A DNA stretch of 64,000 nucleotides, from assembly GCA_023301705.1 (NCBI GenBank), contig JALZUE010000023.1, positions 3,454-67,453 of the forward strand. The letters run 5' to 3'. This DNA comes from Alteromonadaceae bacterium. GTDB taxonomy: Bacteria; Pseudomonadota; Gammaproteobacteria; Enterobacterales; Alteromonadaceae. The position numbers and the translations under genes were made by a program. The notes under the pieces were generated by a model. The model saw only the letters and a program-made list of their open reading frames with translations, was not told the origin of the DNA and ran no database searches. Position 1 is the first letter of the stretch; each line of letters opens with the position of its first letter. Below are positions 1 through 9,382 of this stretch, one piece after another.

Positions 1-1
1 T

Positions 2-721
2 TATAGTCATTTCACTTCGCCAATTCGCCGTTACCCAGATTTAGTGATTCATCGAGTGATTAAGTCTATTTTACAAGGGCAAGAGAACAACGAAGCGAAT
101 GATGGTTGTTATAGTTATACAGAAGAAGCCGTAGTTGAATTGGGTGAGCATTGCTCAATGACTGAGCGACGTGCTGATGATGCAACACGCGATGTTTCTG
201 ATTGGCTTAAGTGTGAATTCATGCAAGATCATGTTGGTGACACGTTTAAAGGGGTTATTAGTACAGTAACTAACTTTGGTATGTTTGTTCGTTTACAAGA
301 CTTACATATTGAAGGTTTAGTACACATTACATCTCTTGGCCGTGATTATTACCATTTCGATGATGTGAGAATGTCACTTACGGGTGAAAATTCAGGTAAG
401 AAATTTCGTGTTGGTGATGTAATAGAAGTGCAAGTGGCTGCGGTCAATTTAGATGAAAAGAAAATTGACTTAGCTTTATCAGGTACTGATTTCCATTCTA
501 ATGATGAAAAACCAAAAGCATCAAGAAAAAAGTCGAGTAAGGCAGAAACAGCAAAAAAGACGAAGTCTAAAACCAAAGAAAAAAGCAAAACGGCAGACAA
601 AACTCATAAGAAAAAGAAACAAGACAAACCCGTAAAATCTAAAGCAAAAAAACGTAGTGCGCGTAAGCCTCGCCCAGGTAAAAATGCGCGTTCAAAAGCA
701 AGTAAGCAAACTAAAGAATAA
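2..721 (+). CDS. rnr: Ribonuclease R, C-terminal part (5' end lies outside the window)
   Basis: The frame is open from base 2. The translation starts YSHFTSPIRRYPDLVIHRVIK, continues with an S1-like segment GVISTVTNFGMFVRLQDLHIEGLVHI, and ends in a long Lys-rich basic tail. It is followed directly by rlmB, as in E. coli rnr-rlmB. Confidence 0.9.
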   Translation, partial: YSHFTSPIRRYPDLVIHRVIKSILQGQENNEANDGCYSYTEEAVVELGEHCSMTERRADDATRDVSDWLKCEFMQDHVGDTFKGVISTVTNFGMFVRLQDLHIEGLVHITSLGRDYYHFDDVRMSLTGENSGKKFRVGDVIEVQVAAVNLDEKKIDLALSGTDFHSNDEKPKASRKKSSKAETAKKTKSKTKEKSKTADKTHKKKKQDKPVKSKAKKRSARKPRPGKNARSKASKQTKE

Positions 722-738
722 TGGTATAAAAGTAAGTT

Positions 739-1494
739 ATGGCAAAGCAAGACGAAGTAGTATTTGGTATTCACGCAATTAATTCAATGTTGAAACGAGC
801 ACCTGAGCTTTTTATTGAGTTATGGTTCATGAAAGGTCGTGAAGATGAACGTTTATTACCTATTATTAATTTAGCAAAAAAATACGGTATTGCGACTCAA
901 CTCGTGAGTCGTAAAGTGCTAGACGATAAAAGCAAAGGTGAGCAACACCAAGGTGTGTTAGCCCGTGTAATGCCAGGTAAAATTTATACAGAGTCTGATT
1001 TAGATGATATTGCTCAAGCAGCAGAAAAAAAAGTACAAACCCCATTCTTTTTAATTTTAGACGGCGTCACTGACCCACATAATTTAGGTGCTTGTTTACG
1101 TAATGCCGATGCTGCAGGTGTGCACGCAGTTATTGTTCCTAAAGATAATGCGGCAAGAATTACGGCTGTTGTACGTAAAGTCGCAGTAGGTGCCGCTGAT
1201 ACGGTGCCATTGGTACAAGTCACTAACTTGGCTAGAAGCATGAAGCAATTGCAAAAGTTAGGTGTGTGGATTGTGGGAACAGCAGGCGAAACAGATACCT
1301 CATTGTATGAAACTAAATTACAAGGGCCAATGGCTTTAGTGATGGGAGCTGAAGGTAAAGGCATGCGCCGCTTAACACGTGAAAACTGTGACGATATTGT
1401 TAAGTTACCTATGGCGGGTGCTGTTTCAAGTTTAAATGTGTCGGTAGCGACAGGTGTTTGTTTATTTGAAATTGTGCGTCAGCGTCTTATGTAA
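739..1494 (+). CDS. rlmB: 23S rRNA (guanosine-2'-O)-methyltransferase RlmB (SpoU/TrmH family)
   Basis: 251 aa with SpoU-type motifs [34 protein letters not shown] and SLNVSVATG. It sits directly downstream of rnr. Confidence 0.9.
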   Translation: MAKQDEVVFGIHAINSMLKRAPELFIELWFMKGREDERLLPIINLAKKYGIATQLVSRKVLDDKSKGEQHQGVLARVMPGKIYTESDLDDIAQAAEKKVQTPFFLILDGVTDPHNLGACLRNADAAGVHAVIVPKDNAARITAVVRKVAVGAADTVPLVQVTNLARSMKQLQKLGVWIVGTAGETDTSLYETKLQGPMALVMGAEGKGMRRLTRENCDDIVKLPMAGAVSSLNVSVATGVCLFEIVRQRLM

Positions 1495-1548
1495 AAATAG
1501 CGCTTAATGTTAAATATAAAATTGATCATAGAAAATAAAGGATTATCA

Positions 1549-2853
1549 ATGAAAAAACGTATTATTGGATTAGGTGCAGTTGTTGCAGCCGTGCTAATCG
1601 CCCCTAACTTTATTGGTTCAGTGATTGAATCAAAATATAAAGAAAACTTACTAAAAGTGGCTAATAACCCTTTTGTTAATATTGTTGAAAGTGATTTTAA
1701 ACGTTCATGGTTTTCAGCAGTTGCCACCATGAAACTAACACCAGTGCAAGAAACTGAATTAAGCAGTTCATTAACCATTGATGTTGTTGATACGCTAACT
1801 TTCGGTCCTATTGTTTTTAACGAGTCAGGTATTAGCTTTAATTTAGCAGCATCGGTTGTTGATATTAAATTTCCAAAAAATACAGGTGATGTAGAAGCTC
1901 AAGAAATATATGAAGTGCTTGATATTATTGAAAAAAACTTAAGTGTTACTACGGCATTAAGTTATGGTTTATCTTATAGTACACATTTTGAATTTAATGA
2001 ACTTGATAAAAGTGATGAAGAAATATCACTATTTTTTGGTGATATAAATGGCAATGTGACTATTGCTAAAGATCAAAGTGTTTCTTCTGATTTTTCATGG
2101 ACTGGTTTTAAATTGATGGGCCCTGAAGAAAAAATAGATTTTGATGGGCTTACTATGCAAAGCCAGCAAACATTAGTATCGGGAGATATTTATGCTGGCA
2201 ATGCTTTATTTGCTGGCACAGTGGCTGCACAGCTTCCTAAATTGTCAGTTAAGACAATTGATGATGCAGAAATACTTTCATTTGATGTACTTGAGCTTGA
2301 AGCAACATCATCAGTTAATAATAATTTAATGGATATTCATAGTAAATATCACCTTGATGCATTACATGCGCAAGGTGAAAAAGCTGAGAATATTAACCTC
2401 GATTTTACAATTAAAAATTTAGGTGCAGAATCAATTAAAAAAATGAATGACTATTTAATTGAATTATCTAAAACCGCTAATGCGCCTGCCAATCAGCAGC
2501 AAATTGCTGAAATTATGACAATGTTTGATGAGTTACTTGATAACAACCCAGAAATAAATATTGATGATTTCAGTTTATCTGTACCTGAAGGGCTGATAAA
2601 GGCTAACTTTTATTCGTCACTTGCGAGTGACTCTTTTAGTGTATTCAATCCAGCATCTGCATTAGAAGCATTAACGGCTAAAACAGAAATGCATGCGCCA
2701 AGTGAGTTATTTAACCGCTTAGGTTTGACTCCAATTATTGATATTTATGTAGGCCAAGGCTTAATTGTTAAAAGTAGTACTGAATTAAAAGCCACAGCAT
2801 CTTTTGGTTCTGGTCAACTTGAAGTGAATGGTAATGTATTACCACTATTTTAA
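1549..2853 (+). CDS. Membrane-anchored DUF945/YdgA-like protein of unknown function
   Basis: The ORF track gives 1507..2853. I prefer the ATG at 1549 (AAAGGA just upstream), which gives the N-terminal anchor MKKRIIGLGAVVAAVLIAP. The early segment FKRSWFSAVATMKL and the ~435-aa length resemble the YdgA family. The family call is from memory only. Confidence 0.6.
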   Translation: MKKRIIGLGAVVAAVLIAPNFIGSVIESKYKENLLKVANNPFVNIVESDFKRSWFSAVATMKLTPVQETELSSSLTIDVVDTLTFGPIVFNESGISFNLAASVVDIKFPKNTGDVEAQEIYEVLDIIEKNLSVTTALSYGLSYSTHFEFNELDKSDEEISLFFGDINGNVTIAKDQSVSSDFSWTGFKLMGPEEKIDFDGLTMQSQQTLVSGDIYAGNALFAGTVAAQLPKLSVKTIDDAEILSFDVLELEATSSVNNNLMDIHSKYHLDALHAQGEKAENINLDFTIKNLGAESIKKMNDYLIELSKTANAPANQQQIAEIMTMFDELLDNNPEINIDDFSLSVPEGLIKANFYSSLASDSFSVFNPASALEALTAKTEMHAPSELFNRLGLTPIIDIYVGQGLIVKSSTELKATASFGSGQLEVNGNVLPLF

Positions 2854-2890
2854 TTTTCATGTATTTACGATAAAAGTAAATTGAAATATA

Positions 2891-2925
2891 AAAAAGCATT
2901 CAACTTTCATTGAATGCTTTTTTAT
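2891..2925 (+). terminator. Rho-independent terminator after the DUF945 gene
   Basis: Stem AAAAAGCATTCAA (2891-2903) pairs with TTGAATGCTTTTT (2910-2922) and is followed by a T-run. Confidence 0.75.
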
Positions 2926-2974
2926 TGGCCGTTTATATATTAAAACAGGGTTTGTGGTTCATTAATATCGGTGC

Positions 2975-3003
2975 TTGCTTTTGGTGTTGTTTTTCTCTAC
3001 AAT
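2975..3003 (+). promoter_or_regulatory. Candidate sigma70 promoter of the rpsF-priB-rpsR-rplI operon
   Basis: TTGCTT (2975-2980), an exact 17-bp spacer, then TACAAT (2998-3003). It lies about 95 nt upstream of the rpsF ATG. Confidence 0.55.
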
Positions 3004-3098
3004 ACGCGTCCTTAATTCAGCCTGAACTTTTGTTCCTTGCCTCTATACTGGTGTTTGGCTGAGCCAGCGAACGAGGCTACAACCGTAAGGAGCTCGTA
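3004..3098 (+). promoter_or_regulatory. Structured rpsF 5' leader, candidate S6:S18 autoregulatory element
   Basis: Nested hairpin: GCCTC (3039-3043) pairs with GAGGC (3073-3077) and encloses TGGC-TGA-GCCA (3056-3066). A CCG (3083-3085) and the SD AAGGAG (3087-3092) follow. Confidence 0.4.
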
Positions 3099-3509
3099 AT
3101 GCGTCATTACGAAATCGTATTTATGGTTCACCCTGATCAGAGTGAACAAGTACCTGCTATGATCCAACGTTATTCAGACACGATCACAGCTGCTGAAGGC
3201 ACAATCCACCGTCTTGAAGACTGGGGTCGTCGTCAATTAGCATACCCAATCAATAAGTTACACAAAGCACACTACGTTTTATTAAACGTTGAAGCGCCAC
3301 AGTCAGCTATTGATGAATTGGAAACTTCTTTCCGTTACAACGATGTTGTTATTCGTAACATGATCATGCGCACAAAAGGCGCGGTAACTGAAGCATCGCC
3401 TATGGCTGTTGCTAAAGATGACCGTCGTGATGAGCGCCGCGAAGTGAAAAAAGAGGTTACTCCTGCTGCTGCACCTGAAGTGAAAACTGAAGAAGCTGCT
3501 GCTGAATAA
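3099..3509 (+). CDS. rpsF: 30S ribosomal protein S6
   Basis: Starts [25 protein letters not shown] and has an acidic C-terminal tail. Canonical operon context. Confidence 0.97.
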   Translation: MRHYEIVFMVHPDQSEQVPAMIQRYSDTITAAEGTIHRLEDWGRRQLAYPINKLHKAHYVLLNVEAPQSAIDELETSFRYNDVVIRNMIMRTKGAVTEASPMAVAKDDRRDERREVKKEVTPAAAPEVKTEEAAAE

Positions 3510-3534
3510 TAAGTAATCTGTGACACACTCTTTT

Positions 3535-3840
3535 ATGGAGAACACACTTGTTATTGTTGGTAGTGTGGTAAAACCACCTAAATTATCAACAAGCCCTGCG
3601 GGTTTACATCATTGTCAATTTTCAATTGAACATCGTTCAATGCAAATAGAGTCTGATATGAATCGTCAAGCATTCGTAAGAATGCAAGTAGTGGTAACCG
3701 GTGAATGGTCACAACACTTAACTCGTGAATTAACTGAAGGTATTGTAATTAAAGTGACTGGTTTTATAAATCGTCATGAAACAAGAAATGGTACGCCGCT
3801 ACTTGTGTTGCATGCTCAGAAAATTGAAATGATTAATTAA
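3535..3840 (+). CDS. priB: Primosomal replication protein N (PriB)
   Basis: The ORF track starts at GTG 3520. The ATG at 3535 gives MENTLVIVGSVVKPPKLSTSPAGLHHCQFSIEHRS, collinear with E. coli PriB (MTNRLVLSGTVCRAP...GIPHCQFVLEHRS). It lies between rpsF and rpsR. Confidence 0.9.
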   Translation: MENTLVIVGSVVKPPKLSTSPAGLHHCQFSIEHRSMQIESDMNRQAFVRMQVVVTGEWSQHLTRELTEGIVIKVTGFINRHETRNGTPLLVLHAQKIEMIN

Positions 3841-3878
3841 GTAATTGCTATATAGCAATTATATATTAGGAGAAATCC

Positions 3879-4106
3879 ATGTCTCGTTTTTTTAGACGTC
3901 GTAAGTTCTGCCGCTTCACTGCGGAAGGTACTACAGAGATCGATTACAAAGATGTAGCAACTTTAAAAAACTACATCACTGAAAGTGGTAAAATTGTTCC
4001 TAGCCGTATTACTGGTACTGCTGCTAAATACCAACGTCAACTTGGTCGTGCGATCAAGCGTGCTCGTTATTTAGCTATTTTACCATACACAGATTTACAT
4101 AAGTAA
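3879..4106 (+). CDS. rpsR: 30S ribosomal protein S18
   Basis: 75 aa, starting [17 protein letters not shown] and containing [16 protein letters not shown]. Confidence 0.97.
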   Translation: MSRFFRRRKFCRFTAEGTTEIDYKDVATLKNYITESGKIVPSRITGTAAKYQRQLGRAIKRARYLAILPYTDLHK

Positions 4107-4123
4107 CCTAAGGGGATTTAAAA

Positions 4124-4576
4124 ATGGAAGTTGTACTTCTTGATAAAATCGCCAAATTAGGCGGCCTTGGTGACAAGGTAACAGTTAAGTCAGGTTACGC
4201 GCGTAACTATTTATTGCCACAAGGCAAAGCAGTATTTGCTTCTAAAGAAAACGTTGAGCACTTTGAAGCTCGTCGTGCTGATTTAGAAAAACAAGCTGCT
4301 GCAACATTAACAGCTGCGCAAGCGCGTGCTGATAAGTTGTCTGCTTTAGGTGAAATCACTATCGCTTCTAAAGCTGGTGATGAAGGTAAACTATTCGGTT
4401 CAATTGGTACTAAAGATATTGCTGATGCAGTAACTGCAGCTGGCCAAGAATTAGCGAAATCTGAAGTTCGTATGCCATTAGGTACTATTCGTGATACAGG
4501 TGAATTTGAAATTGCAATTCACTTACACACTGATGTAGATACTAGCATTAAAGTTGTTGTTATTGCTGAAGCATAA
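4124..4576 (+). CDS. rplI: 50S ribosomal protein L9
   Basis: 150 aa, starting [36 protein letters not shown]. Confidence 0.97.
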   Translation: MEVVLLDKIAKLGGLGDKVTVKSGYARNYLLPQGKAVFASKENVEHFEARRADLEKQAAATLTAAQARADKLSALGEITIASKAGDEGKLFGSIGTKDIADAVTAAGQELAKSEVRMPLGTIRDTGEFEIAIHLHTDVDTSIKVVVIAEA

Positions 4577-4591
4577 TAACGTTTAATGTTC

Positions 4592-4634
4592 AAAATACCG
4601 TATTTGGTCTTGAATCAAATACGGTATTTTTTTA
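4592..4634 (+). terminator. Rho-independent terminator after rplI
   Basis: A 15-bp stem, AAAATACCGTATTTG (4592-4606) pairing with CAAATACGGTATTTT (4616-4630), followed by a T-run. Confidence 0.85.
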
Positions 4635-4832
4635 TCTGATTTTATTCATAATTCTTGATATGGCATTTCTTAGAAGCATTCGCTTTCAAATAACTACTAT
4701 TCTTTATAGCTATTTTCATCATTTATTCTACAGACTTTCCTCTTAGTTCAGTAAATAACGGTGACATGCATTGTATTCAAATATAATTACACTTATATTA
4801 CTCAATTATAGATTCATTTTTAGGCATATCAG

Positions 4833-6728
4833 TTGAAATTCGTAACAAATACAAAAGCAGTTTCACTGAAATACTTTAATATTACCTATGTGCTAGCAAT
4901 TACGTTAAGCATAGTAATGATGTTTACATTTATTTCACAGCAACAGCGAAGTACTATTAAAGCGATTGTACCTCTTATTCAAGAGCATGCTGTTAATAGT
5001 GACTTAGACTTAGCTAAGCCTTCAGTTGATATGATGATATTAATGAAAAGTCATCGTATGGTTAATATTTACTTGAATAATGATTTATTTGTCGGTTCTG
5101 CTAATCAGGCTGTTTTTTCACACACCTATATTCGTTCTATTTTGATAAATAACGTACCAACAAGATTATCTGTTCGGTTTGTTAGTCCCCTTGTTGTTAT
5201 GTTTAGTTCAGTTGCTTTTTTATTAACATTAGCACTACTTTTGTTATGTATTTTATTATTACGCCAGCGCTTAGAAGGTCAACTTGATGATAGTTTAAAA
5301 GCAGTAAGTAAAATTGATTTGTGGTCTGACAATAATCTTGAAAAGCATCAGAATCAACTTAGCACTGAACATGTTATTCGCCCTGACAATCATATTTTTG
5401 ATTATATTGAAGCAATTGAAATCGAATTATTTAAAGCACGACAAGAAAAAAATCTTTTTGATCAAGAGTTGAGAGAAAAAGTACTACTTGATCCTACTAC
5501 TCGCATTGGTACACAAGACTTCTTTAAAAGTCATTTAGCTGCATTACTTGAAGAGGAAGACTCTCGTGGTGCGGTGTTTCTTATTCAGTTGAAAGGGTGT
5601 GAGTTAGTACAAAACTTATACGGAGAAATACAAGCTATCAATTTATTAGAAGCGGCTATAGCGAGTATTCAAAGTCGTATTGTTAATATTCCTGATAGTT
5701 TTTTAAGCCGCCGAAGTGAGTTTGAATTAGCTTTATTGGTACCTGATTTATATGTTGATGATATGGAGCGCTTGGCTGAGCGCTTATTAAAGAATTTAAT
5801 GACGTTATCGTTACCGGTAGGCGTTAATCAAGACGAGTTTTACCATTTAGGCATTAGTTATTTTAAAAATGGTGACAAGCTTTATAAGGTTCTTTCAGAA
5901 GCCGACATGGCATTACGCTCAGCACAGCTGCAAGGCCCTTCTCAATGGTTTATGTACGATCCAGGTGAAATAGCTAATGAAACAGCTATTGGGTCATTAA
6001 AATGGCGTACATTTTTAACCAAAGTTATTAAAAACCAGGCCATTGTGCTTTTCTCTCAACCGGTTATTAGTAGTTCAACCCATCAAATATTGAGCTATGA
6101 AATTTTTAGTAAAATTAAAAATAGCCGCCAGGAACTCATTAGCCCAAGAGTGTTTTTACCTATGGCAGAAAAGTGTGGATTGTCTTTGTCACTAGATTTT
6201 ATGGTATTCGAACAAGTATGTGAAAAAATTATCAGTGATAAATATGAACTAACCTACAGTATTAATTTCTCATTAGATGCACTGCTTTCAAAGCAATTTA
6301 ATGAAAAGTTATTAAATAAGTTAGCTAAAAACTCTAAACTTGCCGCTTGTTTAATTTTAGAGATTAGTGAATATCATTTAAAAAGTCGAAAAAATGAATT
6401 ATTACCTACTTTATACCGTTACAAGCAACAAGGCTTATCTTTATTGGCAGATAAGGTTGGACAGTATGTTGAAAATGCAAAATATTTAGAAGAGTGTCAT
6501 ATCTCATTTATTAAGTTACATCGTAGCATTGTACTAGATATTGATAAAAAGCCTGAAAACCAAGTGTTTGTGCAAAGTTTAAAAGTAGTGTGTGAATCAC
6601 TAGGCATTCAATTGTTTTCAGTAGGTGTAGAAAATGTTGATGAATGGTTAACATTAAGAAAAATGAATATCGATGGTGGCCAAGGGCATTATTTTGATGA
6701 GCCGATTCCTCAAATATCAAATAATTAA
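4833..6728 (+). CDS. mshH: MshH / CsrD-like membrane protein with degenerate GGDEF and EAL domains
   Basis: 631 aa with a TTG start that is uncertain. There are two hydrophobic segments, then a GGDEF-like and an EAL-like domain collinear with E. coli CsrD. The signature positions read RRSEF instead of GGDEF and YEIF instead of EAL. It sits at the head of the msh locus, as in V. cholerae. Confidence 0.8.
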   Translation: MKFVTNTKAVSLKYFNITYVLAITLSIVMMFTFISQQQRSTIKAIVPLIQEHAVNSDLDLAKPSVDMMILMKSHRMVNIYLNNDLFVGSANQAVFSHTYIRSILINNVPTRLSVRFVSPLVVMFSSVAFLLTLALLLLCILLLRQRLEGQLDDSLKAVSKIDLWSDNNLEKHQNQLSTEHVIRPDNHIFDYIEAIEIELFKARQEKNLFDQELREKVLLDPTTRIGTQDFFKSHLAALLEEEDSRGAVFLIQLKGCELVQNLYGEIQAINLLEAAIASIQSRIVNIPDSFLSRRSEFELALLVPDLYVDDMERLAERLLKNLMTLSLPVGVNQDEFYHLGISYFKNGDKLYKVLSEADMALRSAQLQGPSQWFMYDPGEIANETAIGSLKWRTFLTKVIKNQAIVLFSQPVISSSTHQILSYEIFSKIKNSRQELISPRVFLPMAEKCGLSLSLDFMVFEQVCEKIISDKYELTYSINFSLDALLSKQFNEKLLNKLAKNSKLAACLILEISEYHLKSRKNELLPTLYRYKQQGLSLLADKVGQYVENAKYLEECHISFIKLHRSIVLDIDKKPENQVFVQSLKVVCESLGIQLFSVGVENVDEWLTLRKMNIDGGQGHYFDEPIPQISNN

Positions 6729-6761
6729 ACTTTAACGTAATAAAAACTTAGCAAAATACTT

Positions 6762-7694
6762 TTATAGTGAAAGCGGTGTACTTAATCGACTCTGTTCAAC
6801 TAAACCGTTTAATCCTTGCAAGCCGCCTGTGTGTAATAATACAATCGTCTGACCAGCAGTAAAATAGTCATTCGCTATTAAATCTAGTAAAGCTAGTACC
6901 ATTTTACCTGAATAAACAGGTTCAAATAAAATGCCTGTTTCTTGTGAAAACTGATAAATTTTTTGCTCATCTTCTTTGGAAAACTTAGCATAACCTCCTC
7001 TGTGAAAATCCTTTAATAACTGCCATTTTCTATTTGAGGGAGATGCTACAGTATTAGTTTTGTTAAGTAACGGCTGCATTTGTTGTTGTATATGGTCTGC
7101 TTCTTTTAAAACAGCAATACCTAATAGTTCGTGTTGTCCTCTATCTGCATTAATTAGTCCTGAAAATGTGCCGCCACTGCCAACAGGTAAAATAAGCGTA
7201 TCGTAATTTAATTGTTGATTTAACTCTGTTATAACTTCGCCAACACCAGGTAAAGCAAGTGTGTTACTTCCTCCTTCCGGAACAATAAAATAATTGACAT
7301 ATTGTTGCTGTAAATCAGCGAGGTATTCGGCATTATTACGTAAACGATAAGTTTTTCTATCAACAAATTGACAATTCATACCCCAGTTAATTGCTTGTGA
7401 AAGGGTTGAGTTTTTTTGATAGTGTTGTTCACCACGAATAATACCAATTGATTTAATACATTGTTGTTTCGTTGCATAGGCTAAGGCATGAATATGGTTA
7501 GAATAAGCCCCACCAAAACTTAAGATACCTTCGTAGCCTTCATTTTTTGCATATTCGATATTATATTTTAGCTTTCGCCACTTGTTACCTGAAATTATAG
7601 GGTGAATTAAATCATCACGTTTTATGTGCACGTTGAGTTTTCTTTTAATGAATAATTGATGATTAATTTTTTGAACAGACGAAATAAAAGTCAT
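6762..7694 (-). CDS. PLP-dependent D-cysteine desulfhydrase / ACC deaminase family protein
   Basis: 310 aa. HIKRDDLIHPIISGNKWRKLKYN carries the PLP-lysine motif of this fold-type II family, and the glycine-rich VGSGGTFSG is also present. Confidence 0.8.
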   Translation of the reverse strand: MTFISSVQKINHQLFIKRKLNVHIKRDDLIHPIISGNKWRKLKYNIEYAKNEGYEGILSFGGAYSNHIHALAYATKQQCIKSIGIIRGEQHYQKNSTLSQAINWGMNCQFVDRKTYRLRNNAEYLADLQQQYVNYFIVPEGGSNTLALPGVGEVITELNQQLNYDTLILPVGSGGTFSGLINADRGQHELLGIAVLKEADHIQQQMQPLLNKTNTVASPSNRKWQLLKDFHRGGYAKFSKEDEQKIYQFSQETGILFEPVYSGKMVLALLDLIANDYFTAGQTIVLLHTGGLQGLNGLVEQSRLSTPLSL

Positions 7695-7805
7695 ATAAAC
7701 AACAGTTTGTGAAGTTTTTTTTACTTAAAAACTTGCGAGTTTGAATGAATAAGCCATACTAAATTTTACGAACAGTATATTTCGCTTACAGTAATAAACA
7801 CTATT

Positions 7806-8747
7806 ATGACGATAATGACCAATTTGACAAAGCTCTTTAGAAAAAAAGCGCCTAAAAACCAGTTAAGTATTATTATACAATCAGAAAATGTTCGATATGG
7901 GTACTTTCCTTCAGATTTTACTAAGAATATACACAATAAGCCTGTATTTAATACTATCAGTGTACATAACGAAAATATTATAAATGCATTAACACAGTTA
8001 AAAAGTTTACCTATAGAGCAAGCATGTTGTGACTTTATTCTTTCATCTAAACTTTATTCTATTATTCAGGTAGATAAACCTGCATTGCCAGATAATGAAT
8101 TAAGTGCAGCACTCACTTGGCAAATAAAAGATCTCGTGCCAATTGAACCTAGTGATATGGTTATCGACTATTTCGATGCACCTACGCTGGCAGGTGTTGA
8201 AAAAATCAATGTTGTTTGTGCTTCTGAGCAAAAATTAAAAAGTTATATTGAACACATTATTCACGATAAAATGTTCATTAATCGCATTATTCCTGAAGAG
8301 TTTGCGTTTGCTGAACTCATCACTAAAAGTAAAGATGCAACATTATTACTTTGTCAGCAGCCAAATGAAGACTTAATGATATTAATTGTTAAAAACGGAC
8401 AATTATTTTCATACCGACGAATTAGAGCTACGGCTAATATTAGCTTGAGAAGTGTTGATGAATTAAGTGCTGGTTTAATTGATAATTTAAGCATAGAAAT
8501 GCAAAAGTCGATTGATTACTTTGAGCGACAGCTTAAGCAATCACCAGTAAAAATGATAAAGGTCTTAATACCCATCGAAAAAGAAAGCTTTATTGCGCGT
8601 AAGTTATCAGAAAACACATTATTACCAGTAGAGTTATTATCGTTGCCACATCCTTTTAATGGTAAACGTGAATTTGCTATGACAATGTTGGCATTATTTG
8701 AAAGAAAGTTGATTGATGATGCCGAAGTAGAGAAGGTCATCGCTTAA
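7806..8747 (+). CDS. mshI: MSHA biogenesis protein MshI, PilM-like part
   Basis: 313 aa and first gene of a translationally coupled block. The assignment rests on position and size relative to V. cholerae mshI and pilM. The stop TAA overlaps the next ATG by 1 nt. Confidence 0.7.
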   Translation: MTIMTNLTKLFRKKAPKNQLSIIIQSENVRYGYFPSDFTKNIHNKPVFNTISVHNENIINALTQLKSLPIEQACCDFILSSKLYSIIQVDKPALPDNELSAALTWQIKDLVPIEPSDMVIDYFDAPTLAGVEKINVVCASEQKLKSYIEHIIHDKMFINRIIPEEFAFAELITKSKDATLLLCQQPNEDLMILIVKNGQLFSYRRIRATANISLRSVDELSAGLIDNLSIEMQKSIDYFERQLKQSPVKMIKVLIPIEKESFIARKLSENTLLPVELLSLPHPFNGKREFAMTMLALFERKLIDDAEVEKVIA

Positions 8748-9382
8748 TGATTCAACCTCAAGAAATTGCTGTTAATAATAATACCAAGTATACGGTAAAT
8801 TTATTTCATAAAAATTTACTGCCTAAAAAGCCATTTATTAATTTAACTAGAGTTATTGTTTTTTGGTTTTTCATTTTGTGTTGCACTTTGGCTTGGGCTT
8901 TTTATCTTTCAGTTCAATCTAGTGATTTGTTGATTGAGCAGAAAAAACTTAGCACTCAAGAAAATGAATTAAAGCAACTCTCTTTAGAGTTAGAAAACAA
9001 GATAAAAAACAGTAAGCTTGATCCGATACTTCAAAATAAATTATCTGCTATAAAGATGTTAATAGCTAATAAGCGAGGCTTACATGCACATTTAACCAAT
9101 GTAAAAAGTGTTAATAGCCAGGGGTTTTCAAGTGCAATGACTGAGTTATCTAAGTATCACTATAAAGATATTAGCCTTCAACAATTTAGTATTTTACCTG
9201 ATGGTATTACATTTACAGGTTTAGCCAAAAGCCCCGAAGCTATTCCTTTATGGTTAACCGGTTTCGAAAAGTCTGATTTTTTTTCAGGCAGAAAATTTAG
9301 TCAATTATCTATGTCAGAGAATGAAAATCAACAAACTGTTTTTAGCATTAGTGCATTGATAAAGGCGAATAACGAACAATGA
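8747..9382 (+). CDS. mshI2: MSHA biogenesis protein, PilN-like part (MshI2)
   Basis: 211 aa. The N-terminus VNLFHKNLLPKK is followed by a TM helix (VIVFWFFILCCTLAWAFYL) and a coiled-coil, which is PilN-like architecture. Confidence 0.7.
   Translation: MIQPQEIAVNNNTKYTVNLFHKNLLPKKPFINLTRVIVFWFFILCCTLAWAFYLSVQSSDLLIEQKKLSTQENELKQLSLELENKIKNSKLDPILQNKLSAIKMLIANKRGLHAHLTNVKSVNSQGFSSAMTELSKYHYKDISLQQFSILPDGITFTGLAKSPEAIPLWLTGFEKSDFFSGRKFSQLSMSENENQQTVFSISALIKANNEQ

Noticed and set aside
349-600. Many 60-140-aa ORFs lie antisense or out of frame within the annotated genes. Examples: 349..600, 1014..1364, 1479..1778, 17892..18278, 18749..19003, 23188..23550, 26251..26667, 38090..38383, 42436..42717, 54326..54562.
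   Set aside because: Each lies entirely inside a longer ORF with a clear family assignment. Their translations are low-complexity or hydrophobic shadow sequences with no recognisable motifs or start context.
4628-4636. The 9-mer TTTTTTATC occurs on both sides of the msh locus, at 4628-4636 and 25424-25432. It could be a flanking direct repeat like the short repeats reported around the V. cholerae MSHA locus.
   Set aside because: The left copy is simply the U-tract of the rplI terminator. A T-rich 9-mer is expected by chance in this AT-rich DNA. There are no associated integrase, transposase or tRNA genes.
8740-8752. The mshI / mshI2 boundary as a frameshift or nonsense pseudogene of a single mshI.
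   Set aside because: The junction is a clean TAATG stop/start overlap. The second ORF begins with a PilN-like N-terminus and TM helix, and both parts are intact. A genuine two-gene arrangement is more likely.
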